Shown here: in pieces, positions 26,788-35,896 of the stretch
Layout: every line of letters begins with the position of its first letter
Numbering within the stretch: position 1 is the stretch's first letter
Program-made: the position numbers and the translations under genes
Source of the DNA: Gemmatimonadota bacterium
GTDB taxonomy: Bacteria > Gemmatimonadota > Gemmatimonadetes > Gemmatimonadales > Gemmatimonadaceae
Assembly (NCBI GenBank): GCA_021324775.1
Contig: JAJPIM010000023.1
Span: 53,176 to 117,175, forward strand
DNA: 64,000 bases
Direction of reading: 5' to 3'
Notes under the pieces: model-generated
The model's database searches: none
Seen by the model: only the letters and a program-made list of their open reading frames with translations
Told to the model about the DNA's origin: nothing

Positions 26788-28007
26788 ACGAGTACCGAGT
26801 AGAGGATGCCGATGCCGCGCTCGAGATCCGGGCGCGTGATCGTGAGTGGAGGCAGTAGCCGGAGCGTGTGGTCGCCTGCCGAGAGTATGAGCAGGCCCGT
26901 CTCGCGTGCCGCATCGATGATCGGTGCGGCCCGCATGGCGATGTCGATGCCCCAGATGAGCCCAACGCCGCGTATGCCGCGTACGTGAGGCGAGGCTTCC
27001 GCGAGGCGGTTCAGCGTCGCGCTCAGCCACTCGCCATGCTCCCGGACGGATTGGAGTAGCGCCGGTTCCGCGATCCGCTCGACGACGTACCGCGCGACGG
27101 CTGACACGAATGGGCCACCGCCGAAAGTCGAGCCGTGATCGCCCGCTTCGATCGAGGCGGCGATCTCGCCGTTGAGCAACACGGCCCCCATCGGCAGCCC
27201 GCCCGCGAGGGGTTTGGCCAATGCCAGCAGATCGGGCTCGATCCCGGCGCGCTCGTACGCGAACAGCCACCCGGTCCGTCCCAGCCCGCACTGCACTTCG
27301 TCCAGCATGAGCGCGATCCGCCGCTCGGCTGTCAGGCTCCGCAACTCGCGCAGCCACCCCGGGTCGAATACACGGACGCCGCCCTCGCCCTGCACGGGCT
27401 CCACGACCAGAGCCGCCGTCGTCTCCGGCACGAGTGTGTCCGCGAGGCGTCCGAGGTCACGCTCGGCGATCGTCACGCCTCCCGCGAGCGGCCGGAACGG
27501 CGCCCGGTAGCGTGGGCGGTCGGTTGCGGCGAGGCTCGCGAACAGCCGTCCGTGAAACGACCCGCGCAGGGCCACGATCTCGTGCTTCACCGGACCACCC
27601 ACGGCGCGGGCCCACCGCCGCGCGAACTTGAACGCGCCCTCGTTCGCCTCCGCACCGGAGTTGCAGAAGAAGACCTTGTCCGCGAACGAATGCATCACCA
27701 GCCACTGGGCCAGTTCTTCGGCGGGTTCGGTGCGGAACAGGTTGGAGACGTGGATGAGCCCCGACGCCGCGTCCTGCAACACCGATTGAAGCCCTGGGTC
27801 GCCGTAGCCGAGTGCATTGACGGCGATGCCGCTGGTGAAATCCAGATACCGGCGCCCATCGCTCGCGATCAACTCCGCGCCGTGGCCGTCCACGACAGTG
27901 AGCGGTGCCCGGGCGTAGGTCCCGAGGATCGCCGAGGGCGTTTCGGTGGGTGGTAGCGATGGGGCGACGCCGGCGTCCGGCATCACGGGCAGCGCGAGCC
28001 CGCTCAT
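26784..28007 (-). CDS. argD: acetylornithine aminotransferase
   Basis: Track ORF of 407 aa: class III aminotransferase (FFCNSGAEANEGAFKFAR, LMLDEVQCGLGRTG) in an arg operon context. Confidence 0.85.
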   Translation of the reverse strand: MSGLALPVMPDAGVAPSLPPTETPSAILGTYARAPLTVVDGHGAELIASDGRRYLDFTSGIAVNALGYGDPGLQSVLQDAASGLIHVSNLFRTEPAEELAQWLVMHSFADKVFFCNSGAEANEGAFKFARRWARAVGGPVKHEIVALRGSFHGRLFASLAATDRPRYRAPFRPLAGGVTIAERDLGRLADTLVPETTAALVVEPVQGEGGVRVFDPGWLRELRSLTAERRIALMLDEVQCGLGRTGWLFAYERAGIEPDLLALAKPLAGGLPMGAVLLNGEIAASIEAGDHGSTFGGGPFVSAVARYVVERIAEPALLQSVREHGEWLSATLNRLAEASPHVRGIRGVGLIWGIDIAMRAAPIIDAARETGLLILSAGDHTLRLLPPLTITRPDLERGIGILYSVLV

Positions 28008-28843
28008 GACAGCCCTCCATCGGCGACGATCGACGTACCGGTGCTGTCGCCGGCGATCATGGCGACATCGCCGATGCGTGCCCGGGGGACGCCGCGGGCG
28101 ACCGCGCCGACCGCCGCGCGGACCTTCACCAGCATCCCGTCCTTGATGTCGCCCGCGGCGATCGCCGCTTCGGCCGCGCTCTCGCTCAATTCGGTGACGT
28201 TGTGTCCGTGTGCTCTCACGTGCGCGACGTCGGCGACGAGCAGCAACTCTCGCGCACCGAGTGCCGTGGCGATGGCGGCTGCCGCATCGTCGGCGTTGAT
28301 GTTGAGCGCGGCGGTCGCCGGCACGGGGTGTCCGGGCACCCGGGCAGCACGCGCCAATGGCGAGATCACGGGGACGTAGCCGCTTGCGAGCAGCAGCTCG
28401 AGGAGCGGGGTGTGCACCGCGACGACGGACCCGGTGGCGCCGAGGGCACTGTCACCCGAGGGCTCGGCGACGAGGATGGAGGCATCCTCACCCGAGAGGC
28501 CGATCGCGGTGATCCCGGCGCCGATCAGCGCCGCGGTGAGCCGCTTGTTGGCGAGCCCGGAGCACGCCATCCGGATCCGGTCGATGTCGCCGGGCGACGT
28601 CACGCGGAGCCCATTCACAAACTCCGGCTTGACCCCGAACGTGCGTTGGAGAGCGGAGACCTCGTCCGCGGCTCCGTGCACGATCACGACCCGTTGGCCG
28701 GCCTGTGCGAGGCGAAGCGCCAGCGCCGCGGGGAGACGCGGATCGGTGAGCACGCGACCGCCGATTTTCACGACGAGTGGCGGCGCGGTCACATTGTCCA
28801 CTCCGGAGTCTGCGGCCATCAGTGCCGATGCCATCGCGCTCAC
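28004..28843 (-). CDS. argB: acetylglutamate kinase
   Basis: Track ORF of 279 aa: VVKIGGRVL..., VIVHGA, NINADDAAAAIA. Overlaps both argC and argD (ATGA). Confidence 0.85.
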   Translation of the reverse strand: MSAMASALMAADSGVDNVTAPPLVVKIGGRVLTDPRLPAALALRLAQAGQRVVIVHGAADEVSALQRTFGVKPEFVNGLRVTSPGDIDRIRMACSGLANKRLTAALIGAGITAIGLSGEDASILVAEPSGDSALGATGSVVAVHTPLLELLLASGYVPVISPLARAARVPGHPVPATAALNINADDAAAAIATALGARELLLVADVAHVRAHGHNVTELSESAAEAAIAAGDIKDGMLVKVRAAVGAVARGVPRARIGDVAMIAGDSTGTSIVADGGLS

Positions 28844-29850
28844 GCGGGCAGCCCCATTGTCTCCTCGAATCCCAGCAGGAGGTTGGCGTTTTGAAGGGCT
28901 TGTCCAGCGGCGCCCTTGAGCAGGTTGTCGATCGCGACGGTCGCGATCAGCGTCGGCCGGCGCACGCCTGCCGCGGCCGCGACCGAGATGCGGGCCGAGT
29001 TGCGGTGCACGACATCACGCAGCGATGGCGGTTCCGCGCTGATCTCGACGAACGGCTCCTCCGCGTAGTGCGCCTTCCAGAACCCCAGCGGATCAGTGAG
29101 CGGCTCGGCGAGCGGGATGGTCACCGTCGCGAGGATCCCGCGGGCGACCGGCAGCAGATGGGGCACGAACACGAGATCCGCGTCCGTCCCGAACCGCTCG
29201 AACACGGCGCGCATCTCGTTCAGGTGCCGGTGGTCGTTTCCCGCGGCGTAGGCGCGGCAGTTTTCGGTCACCTCCGCGAACAGCAGTTCCCGGCGGGGAG
29301 AATTCCCCGCGCCTGTGACCCCGCTCGCGGCACACACGGACACCGTTCCCCCTGGCGCGACGAGACCGGTAGCCAGCACCGGGAGGACCGCGAGCAGCAC
29401 CGCCGTGGCATAACATCCCGGATTTGCAACGACCCCGGCGACCCGCACGGCCTCGCGATCCAGCTCCGGAAGCCCATAGATCCCGGCGACCGGAGCGGTG
29501 CCGGTGGTCCCGGTCGTGGTCCGATGTGCGGCCCCGTTGCCGGGGCGGAGATCCGCGGACAGGTCAATGACCCGGGCGCCCACCGCATGGGCCTGGCTGA
29601 CCCAGCCGGCCGAAGTTCCATGCGGGAGCGCACTGAATACCAAGGCTGCGTCCTCGAGCGGGGCCTCGGCCGTCCCGACGAACCGCATCGCGTCATCCCG
29701 TCCTGGCACTGGCGCCCCATGCTGCTCGTTGGCAGTCGCCCACACCAAACCGAGCCGTGGGTGGCGGCCGATCAGTGCGCACAACTCCCTCCCGGCGTAC
29801 CCACTCGCCCCCAGTACGCCAACGGGCAACCGGCTGCCGAATGTCCTCAT
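28840..29850 (-). CDS. argC: N-acetyl-gamma-glutamyl-phosphate reductase
   Basis: Track ORF 28840..29871, trimmed to MRTFGSRLPVGVLGASGYAGRE (ATG 29850..29848). The active-site context NPGCYATA is present. Confidence 0.85.
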   Translation of the reverse strand: MRTFGSRLPVGVLGASGYAGRELCALIGRHPRLGLVWATANEQHGAPVPGRDDAMRFVGTAEAPLEDAALVFSALPHGTSAGWVSQAHAVGARVIDLSADLRPGNGAAHRTTTGTTGTAPVAGIYGLPELDREAVRVAGVVANPGCYATAVLLAVLPVLATGLVAPGGTVSVCAASGVTGAGNSPRRELLFAEVTENCRAYAAGNDHRHLNEMRAVFERFGTDADLVFVPHLLPVARGILATVTIPLAEPLTDPLGFWKAHYAEEPFVEISAEPPSLRDVVHRNSARISVAAAAGVRRPTLIATVAIDNLLKGAAGQALQNANLLLGFEETMGLPA

Positions 29851-29878
29851 ATTTATGCAATAATAATGCACATCTATG
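29851..29878 (-). promoter_or_regulatory. AT-rich element abutting the argC start; ARG-box-like (TGCAT-type half sites) operator/promoter candidate
   Basis: The minus strand reads cgcATAGATGTGCATTATTATTGCATAAAT-ATG. Two TGCA cores are spaced about one helical turn apart in an otherwise GC-rich context. No argR gene is present in the window. Confidence 0.35.
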
Positions 29879-29926
29879 CGGACGACTAGTGGGGTCGTCA
29901 GGTACGGCCAGGGGCCCCTTTCCTAT

Positions 29927-29952
29927 AGAAGGGGCGTCCAGAAGGGGCGTCC
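29927..29952. repeat. perfect 13-bp tandem direct repeat (AGAAGGGGCGTCC x2)
   Basis: 29927..29939 is identical to 29940..29952, in the divergent argC / histidine kinase intergenic region. The 10-nt palindrome AGGGGCCCCT lies just upstream. Confidence 0.9.
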
Positions 29953-30131
29953 CGCGGCGTGTATCTCTGGACGGGCGAACCTCCGAATTGCCCTTCGGCG
30001 AGCCGGATGAGAGGCCCTCGCCGGGCGCCAGGACTGCCCGGGTCCCGCGACCTCTGGCACGGCCGGTCGTCTGCCCCTAGGAAACTCGTAACTGTTTGAT
30101 CCGCCTTCGCCTCCGGGGCTTCTCCTCAAGC

Positions 30132-32495
30132 ATGAATCCATCGTCGGCCGGCAGCATGCGTGATGGGCGCAACGTACTCGCGGCCGTGCGCCTCGAGAGG
30201 CGGGTGGCCGCGATAGTGGTGCTTGCCATCGTCGTGGTGGTTGGGTCGCTCGATGTCGCCCACGCGCATAACCGTACGCGTGTCGCGCAGAGCCTTACGA
30301 TGGTCCGTCTGGCGCACCGGCTCATGTCGCGCATCAAGGACGAGCAAGTCGTGGTCGGCAGCCCTGGCCTGATGGATGATGCGATGCGGAGGGCTGGTGA
30401 CGCCGCGACGCGCGCCGAGCTGTCCGCGGCGGTCGATTCGCTGGTCACGCAGAGCGTCGACGACTCGACGCAACATGCACGGGCCCGTGATATCCAGGTC
30501 GCGGTCGCGATCTGGATGAGCCACGTGGTCGCCCCGGTTGTCTCGGGCAGACAGTTGATCGTCGGGACACCCCTCGCGGCGGCGGCGCGGGAGAGTCAGG
30601 CTGATGCCGAGCTGGAGGCGATTCGTGGAGCCGTGCAGCAGTTGCGTGACGCGCAGGATCTCCTCTTCGCTGAACGATCCGCGGCGGAGCGGTGGTCGGA
30701 CAACTCGGCGACCATCGCGCTCGCGTTTGGATTAACGGTGCTCGCCTTCATCGTCTGGCTCTTCGGCCGGCGGATCATGAGCCAGACGACCAATCTCGTG
30801 AGCCAGCAGGAGCATCTCGAGCTTCAGGCCACCGAGCTTGAAGAGCAGGCGGCGGCGGTCGAGCGGCAAGCACAGGAATCGCAGGCACTCGCGCAGCAGC
30901 TCACGGCGGCCAACGAGATGCTGGGCGACCTCGTGACGCGGGCGGAGCGGGCGCAGGGTGACCTGACAGTCGAGCGGCGTTTTTTGCGACAGATCATCGA
31001 CGTCAATCCGCACTTCATCTTCGCCAAGGACCGGTCGGGGCGTCTCACTCTGGTCAACCAGGCAGTGGCGAAACTGTATGGGACGTCGATCGAGAACCTG
31101 ATCGGACAGTTCCCTCCTGATTTCAATTCCGGCTCGTCCGAAGTGGCGGCCTTTCGGCGGGCGGACCTTCAGGTCATGGACACGTTGCGGCCGTTGTACA
31201 TCGCCGAAGAGCAGATCACCGACTTCCGTGGCGTGGTGCACACCGTTCAAACCGTGAAGTGCCCGATCGTCGGCGCCGATGGCCGCGCCGAACAGGTGCT
31301 TGGTGTCGCCACCGACATCACGGAGCGCAAGCGGCTGGAGACGGAGCTTGTTCACGCGCACAAGCTGGAAGCGGTCGGTCGTCTGGCCGGCGGAGTCGCC
31401 CACGACTTCAACAACATGCTGACCGCGATCAAGTCGTACAGCGAGTTGCTGCGTGATGCGCTGGAGCCGGGTGACGAGCGGCGGAGCGATGCGGAGGAGA
31501 TCACCAAGGCGGCGGATCGCGCTGCCGTGCTGACTCGCCAGTTGCTGGCGTTCGGGCGGCGGCAGATCCTCGAGCCGCGGGTCCTCGATGTGAACCGTAC
31601 GGTGGTCGAGGTCCAGCAGATGTTGCGGCGGCTGCTCGTCGGCGATGTGGTGTTCGTCACGGATCTTTCACCTGGTCTGTGGCCCGTCATGGCCGATGCT
31701 GGCCAGTTGGAGCAGGTGCTGATCAATCTCGTGGTCAACTCGCGCGACGCGATGCCGGAGGGTGGCACGCTGACGATCCGCACGGAGAACGCCGAGGTGC
31801 GCGAGCGGCGGGCGGGTGGCGGGCCCGATGCGATGCCGCCGGGGTGTTACGTCCGCCTCTCGGTGAGCGACACGGGCATGGGCATCGATGCGGAGACTCG
31901 CGGCCGGATCTTCGAGCCGTTCTTCACGACCAAGGAGAGTGGGAAGGGCACTGGTCTGGGATTGGCCACCGTTTACGGCATCGTGCGGCAGTCAGCCGGA
32001 TACGTGGAAGTCGAGAGTACGATCGGCGAGGGGACGACCTTCTCGGTGTACCTGCCGAAGACCGCGGTGGCAGGTGAGGTGCGGCCGGCGCCCGCGGTGC
32101 TGGGAGTCCGGCGCACGGGCACTGAGACGATCCTCGTCGTGGACGACGATGTCGCGGTCCGGGGTGTCGTCCGGCGCATCCTCGAGAGTGGCGGGTATCG
32201 GGTGGTGGAGGCCGAGAGCGGTGCGGCCGCGATCGAGGCGGCGGAATCCGGTCCGGCGATCGGCGCCGTCGTGACCGATATGGTGATGCCGGAGATGGGT
32301 GGCCGGGAGCTGGCGCTGACGCTTCGTGGCTCGTTCCCGGATATCGCGGTCCTGCTGATGTCGGGTTACGCCAATGCGCCGATGCTACGCACCGAGATCG
32401 AGGACACGGGCTTCGCCTTCATCGAGAAGCCGTTCACGGCGAACGCGCTGCTGCAGGCCGTCGCCGAGCTGCTCACCGAGCCAGCGACGATCTGA
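30132..32495 (+). CDS. hybrid sensor histidine kinase (N-terminal TM/CHASE3-like, coiled coil, PAS, HisKA, HATPase_c, receiver)
   Basis: Track ORF 30096..32495; the first ATG is at 30132. H-box [15 protein letters not shown]; N/G boxes [12 protein letters not shown] and [15 protein letters not shown]; C-terminal receiver ILVVDDD...DMVMPEMGG. Confidence 0.85.
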   Translation: MNPSSAGSMRDGRNVLAAVRLERRVAAIVVLAIVVVVGSLDVAHAHNRTRVAQSLTMVRLAHRLMSRIKDEQVVVGSPGLMDDAMRRAGDAATRAELSAAVDSLVTQSVDDSTQHARARDIQVAVAIWMSHVVAPVVSGRQLIVGTPLAAAARESQADAELEAIRGAVQQLRDAQDLLFAERSAAERWSDNSATIALAFGLTVLAFIVWLFGRRIMSQTTNLVSQQEHLELQATELEEQAAAVERQAQESQALAQQLTAANEMLGDLVTRAERAQGDLTVERRFLRQIIDVNPHFIFAKDRSGRLTLVNQAVAKLYGTSIENLIGQFPPDFNSGSSEVAAFRRADLQVMDTLRPLYIAEEQITDFRGVVHTVQTVKCPIVGADGRAEQVLGVATDITERKRLETELVHAHKLEAVGRLAGGVAHDFNNMLTAIKSYSELLRDALEPGDERRSDAEEITKAADRAAVLTRQLLAFGRRQILEPRVLDVNRTVVEVQQMLRRLLVGDVVFVTDLSPGLWPVMADAGQLEQVLINLVVNSRDAMPEGGTLTIRTENAEVRERRAGGGPDAMPPGCYVRLSVSDTGMGIDAETRGRIFEPFFTTKESGKGTGLGLATVYGIVRQSAGYVEVESTIGEGTTFSVYLPKTAVAGEVRPAPAVLGVRRTGTETILVVDDDVAVRGVVRRILESGGYRVVEAESGAAAIEAAESGPAIGAVVTDMVMPEMGGRELALTLRGSFPDIAVLLMSGYANAPMLRTEIEDTGFAFIEKPFTANALLQAVAELLTEPATI

Positions 32496-32533
32496 CGGCG
32501 GGGCATCGGCTGGGCGGGTGCGTGCTCAGCGCG

Positions 32534-33838
32534 CTAGCCAGACTGGTCAGTCGGAGTCTGACAGGAGCCGAGCGGGAGAGACCTTGAGGACCCGGGCGAT
32601 GCGTTCGATGATGTCCAGGGTAGCGTTGGCCTTGCCGCGTTCGATGAGGCCCATGTAGGTGCGGTGGATCTTGACCGCGTGTGCGAGCGACTCCTGGGAG
32701 TAGCGGGACTCCGTCTTCCGGATGTGCACCACTGTCCGGCCAAAGCGCACGCGCAAGGACGCCATGTGGCAATGGTGCAGTCCAATTCACCAGTGTGCCA
32801 CAGCATCAACAGGCCCAGCATATATAGTGCTATTTGCCGGGGGCTCGCATCCCGGACGGACCCCGGGAACGGGGGCGCTCGCGGGTTCACCTCGCCGGTC
32901 GCGGCGCCGCCTGGCTCGTCGACGTCGTCCGCGTGTGGTGAGAGAGGAACGCCGGTACCGCTGGCCGGTCCGCCCGCCTGGCGCGCAGTGGGCGGCCGGG
33001 TCAGGCGGTTCGCCACCAGCGCCACGAGTGCATCCGGCCCGACGGTGCGGACCAGCGCGCTCGGCCGGCACCCTGTCACGTCACGGGTGTCTCGGGCCAG
33101 TGCATCCGGGGTGCCATATCCCAGCCGGGCCGCGATATCCGCGACGCGGTCGGACCCGCCCCTCAGGTAGTGGTAGGCCCGGATCACTCGCGCGGCCCGC
33201 ACGAACAGGAGCGCTGACGAGAGCCCTGCCCGTTGCAGGGCACGCGAGCACGTCCGTGGCGGCATGGCGGCCAGTCGTGCGAGCGCCGCGGACCCGCGCA
33301 CGGTGTGAGGTGCCCGGAACAGGATCGTGATTGCCGCATCGAGGGGTCCTGGGAGCTTGGCGCGGGCAGGTGCGAGACGTTCGAGGAGGCTCGCGCTTAC
33401 CGTATCTGCGCGGGCCCGGTCGACGATTGCGCGGAACGCAGCTGGCTGATCGTCGTAGCCGCGAAGCGCCACGTGTCGCACCCCAAACGCGGCCAGCGCG
33501 AGCGATCCGCGCATCCCTTCGACTGACACCGACACATACGCGATCACGGGTAGCGCCTGGTACTTCGCGAGCAGGGTGCCGAGCGCCGGGATGTTCGTGG
33601 GCCCCAGTGCTTGCGGATCCACGACGACGACATCGATCGGCCGCGTCCGGATGACGATCTCCAGATCGGCGACACTTGCGACATCGTGGATCGCGTGATC
33701 GGCACCGGCGAGCACGCGAAAGCGCGCGAGGTCGGAGGGATTGAGGTACGTCGCGAAGTCCACGCAGCGAGCGAGTCGGAGGAAGCGAGACAGAACGGAT
33801 ACGTGGCGATGCGCGACGGGTCGAGACGGAGTGCTCAA
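32534..33838 (-). CDS. pseudo-receiver + AraC-like HTH regulator (paralog A); the ORF has an anomalous stop-free tail
   Basis: Track ORF of 434 aa. Residues 1 to about 280 align in architecture with paralogs 35897..36736 and 47664..48575, and end at ...LVALVANRL (about 33000). The remaining roughly 150 codons are low-complexity and overlap the XRE gene in another frame. Confidence 0.6.
   Translation of the reverse strand: MSTPSRPVAHRHVSVLSRFLRLARCVDFATYLNPSDLARFRVLAGADHAIHDVASVADLEIVIRTRPIDVVVVDPQALGPTNIPALGTLLAKYQALPVIAYVSVSVEGMRGSLALAAFGVRHVALRGYDDQPAAFRAIVDRARADTVSASLLERLAPARAKLPGPLDAAITILFRAPHTVRGSAALARLAAMPPRTCSRALQRAGLSSALLFVRAARVIRAYHYLRGGSDRVADIAARLGYGTPDALARDTRDVTGCRPSALVRTVGPDALVALVANRLTRPPTARQAGGPASGTGVPLSPHADDVDEPGGAATGEVNPRAPPFPGSVRDASPRQIALYMLGLLMLWHTGELDCTIATWRPCACALAGQWCTSGRRSPATPRSRSHTRSRSTAPTWASSNAARPTLPWTSSNASPGSSRSLPLGSCQTPTDQSG
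32547..32765 (-). CDS. XRE-family helix-turn-helix transcriptional regulator (72 aa)
   Basis: Track ORF: ...IRKTESRYSQESLAHAVKIHRTYMGLIERGKANATLDIIERIARVLKVSPARLL, a classic HTH_3/XRE signature. Confidence 0.8.
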   Translation of the reverse strand: MASLRVRFGRTVVHIRKTESRYSQESLAHAVKIHRTYMGLIERGKANATLDIIERIARVLKVSPARLLSDSD

Positions 33839-33956
33839 ACGGTGGCATCATGGCCCGGGTGTGCGAGGCGAGTTGTGATCTCGAACGGTAAGGTGGCACC
33901 GCTCAGAGCAGGCCTTGCGTGGGCTTGCCGGCATTCACCGTTACCGAGGGTCTCTC

Positions 33957-34160
33957 ATGACACAGCGTCACCTCCTCGCTCGCGCCGCTCGCAAATCCAT
34001 CTTCGCCGCAACTGCCGCTGTTCTCGTCGCACTGGCTGCGGCGTGCTCGTCACCGACATCACCCACGGCGGACAACAACAGCTCCGCTGCTATTCGCAGC
34101 GGACCAACTCCCGTGGCACACAACGCCTGCGGCGTCTACGCAGGCAGTGATCAGTGCTAG
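33957..34160 (+). CDS. small putative lipoprotein (67 aa)
   Basis: In-frame ATG 33957 in track ORF 33915..34160, preceded by GAGGG. Signal plus lipobox-like ...AAVLVALAAAC. The mature part is Ser/Thr/Pro-rich and ends in C-x9-C (ACGVYAGSDQC). Confidence 0.4.
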   Translation: MTQRHLLARAARKSIFAATAAVLVALAAACSSPTSPTADNNSSAAIRSGPTPVAHNACGVYAGSDQC

Positions 34161-34226
34161 TCTGAGGGTCCAATGTTGGCTGGGGCGTGAACGATGCGTC
34201 ATCGCCCAGGCGGTGCCGTACCGCGG

Positions 34227-35840
34227 TCATCCGTGGTGCGGCGCTTCCGCCCGGCGGCGAACGCGACGCACAGCGCGCGTGATCCGTTGGACAGATCGTG
34301 ACATCGTCACAGGAGTTATCGGCGGGAACCAATCGTGTACTGCGCGCTCTGACCTGAGCGCCGCTATCGCCTCGTCGGCGCGAATGGTGACTTCGTGGAC
34401 TCGATTGAGTGCGGCCAGCTCGAGGGCCCGCTCAAAAGCCGTCGCGGCAGCGACTGGTCGTCCAAACCGGACCTCTCCGCGTCCCTCGTACAGCGCGAAC
34501 TTCGCAGCCACTTCGGCCGGGAGTACTCCGGCACGCTCCGCTTGGTGTAGCGTTCGCCGATAGGATTCAAAGAGGTCCTCTCGGTGTTCGAGCACCGCGA
34601 GTTCGAGAAGGTTCGTGGCTGCAATGAGCCGTATTTCGCGACGATGCGCACCTGTGTATAACAACAAGAGTGGATCACGTGCGGCGTCGTACAATCCCAT
34701 CTCCGCGAGGCTCTGAGCGAAGTCAGCGCACGCACGCTCCCGGCGATCTGGATCGCGATAGCCTCGCCAAGCGGCATAATAGTGCTCCGCCGCAACGTTG
34801 AAATCACCCTGGCGGCTCGCGACGACCCCTCGATCATGATGCGCAAGGGCTAGAATGTTGAGAAAGTCAGATGGGTCGCCGGAGCCAGCGTCCAGGTTAT
34901 CACCCGTATACGTCGGCCGCACACGAGGGGTGCTGTTCTTTGCGGCTCTCGCGTCCCGGATAATCGCGTCGAGCGCGGCTGCCGCAGCAGGCAGGTTTCC
35001 GAGATGCATCAGCATTTTCGTCTGGGAGATGCGCATGAGTCGCTCTGCGTGTTCATCGCCCAGCATATCGGCGGCTCTACACCCCGCGTCATAGGCCGCT
35101 CTCGCCCCGTCGAGATCACCGACCATGCGGAGCGACCGCCCAAGCCGATCATACGTGTGCGGCACAAACGCTTGAAGAACAGACACGCCGTCCGCCTGTG
35201 GGGCCGCCGCAACCCGCAGCACCGTGCGATACACGTCGGCGGCGAGCGGCCACCGCGAATCAGCGTGCAGCGCGTGGGCGTAGGCCAGTAGCCGCTCCGG
35301 CAGATTATTGGCGATGACGGCACTCGCCGACTGGACGAGCTCACGGAGCGGTCCGGCGACGGAGTCATGATCGTCCACGGCACCGGTCGCGGCGTGTGCG
35401 GCTTCGATGACCTCCGCTGGCACGTCTGCCGTGAATCCGCTCTCCGGCACCAGTTGCAGCCTATGGCGAATCCCATACTCCGCGCTGGCGATTCGCCGGT
35501 CGGCCAATCGCAGCGTCACAAGTCCCGCGATCAGCGCACGCCACTCGCTCCCGCCCTCCTGTCCTTCGAGTGCCGCGAGGGCCCGGAAGAACGGCTCGTG
35601 CAACAGCTCCGCGCGGGCCGTTTCGTGTCCCCCGGTGAGCACCGCAACCTCGGTTTCGTCGGACGCAGGCATGAGTTCCAAGGTGCTGGCGATCCCGTGG
35701 ACCCGAAAGGGTTCTGTCGCGTAGCAGCATGACGGGCGCTTGACGCGCTCGGTGAGCAGGCGTACGCTGGAGAGGACACCCTCGGTGCAGGGAAATCGTG
35801 ATGTTTCAACGGAGTACGCACCGGTGACATTGGATACCAT
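34227..35840 (-). CDS. TPR-like helical-repeat protein (start uncertain)
   Basis: Track ORF 34227..35912 overlaps the divergent gene start, so it is trimmed to MVSNVTG (35840); a later ATG at 35672 is also possible. The C-terminal two thirds show repeated TPR-like patterns (LGRSLRMVGDLDGARAAYDAG..., ALAHHDRGVVASRQGDFNVAAEHYYAA...). Confidence 0.6.
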   Translation of the reverse strand: MVSNVTGAYSVETSRFPCTEGVLSSVRLLTERVKRPSCCYATEPFRVHGIASTLELMPASDETEVAVLTGGHETARAELLHEPFFRALAALEGQEGGSEWRALIAGLVTLRLADRRIASAEYGIRHRLQLVPESGFTADVPAEVIEAAHAATGAVDDHDSVAGPLRELVQSASAVIANNLPERLLAYAHALHADSRWPLAADVYRTVLRVAAAPQADGVSVLQAFVPHTYDRLGRSLRMVGDLDGARAAYDAGCRAADMLGDEHAERLMRISQTKMLMHLGNLPAAAAALDAIIRDARAAKNSTPRVRPTYTGDNLDAGSGDPSDFLNILALAHHDRGVVASRQGDFNVAAEHYYAAWRGYRDPDRRERACADFAQSLAEMGLYDAARDPLLLLYTGAHRREIRLIAATNLLELAVLEHREDLFESYRRTLHQAERAGVLPAEVAAKFALYEGRGEVRFGRPVAAATAFERALELAALNRVHEVTIRADEAIAALRSERAVHDWFPPITPVTMSRSVQRITRAVRRVRRRAEAPHHG

Positions 35841-35896
35841 CGGCGTAACGGTGTTCCCCGGACGAAACGCGTGACGGCCCTGCCGGGCCTCCGTCC

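Noticed and set aside
29927-29952. Direct repeats (here and the GA tracts) as a possible CRISPR array
   Set aside because: There are only two abutting 13-bp copies with no spacers, and the GA tracts are single low-complexity elements. No cas genes are present.
29923-30141. 72-aa minus-strand ORF upstream of argC as an Arg leader peptide
   Set aside because: It has no run of Arg codons comparable to the His and Cys runs, no following terminator, and it overlaps the divergent kinase start region.
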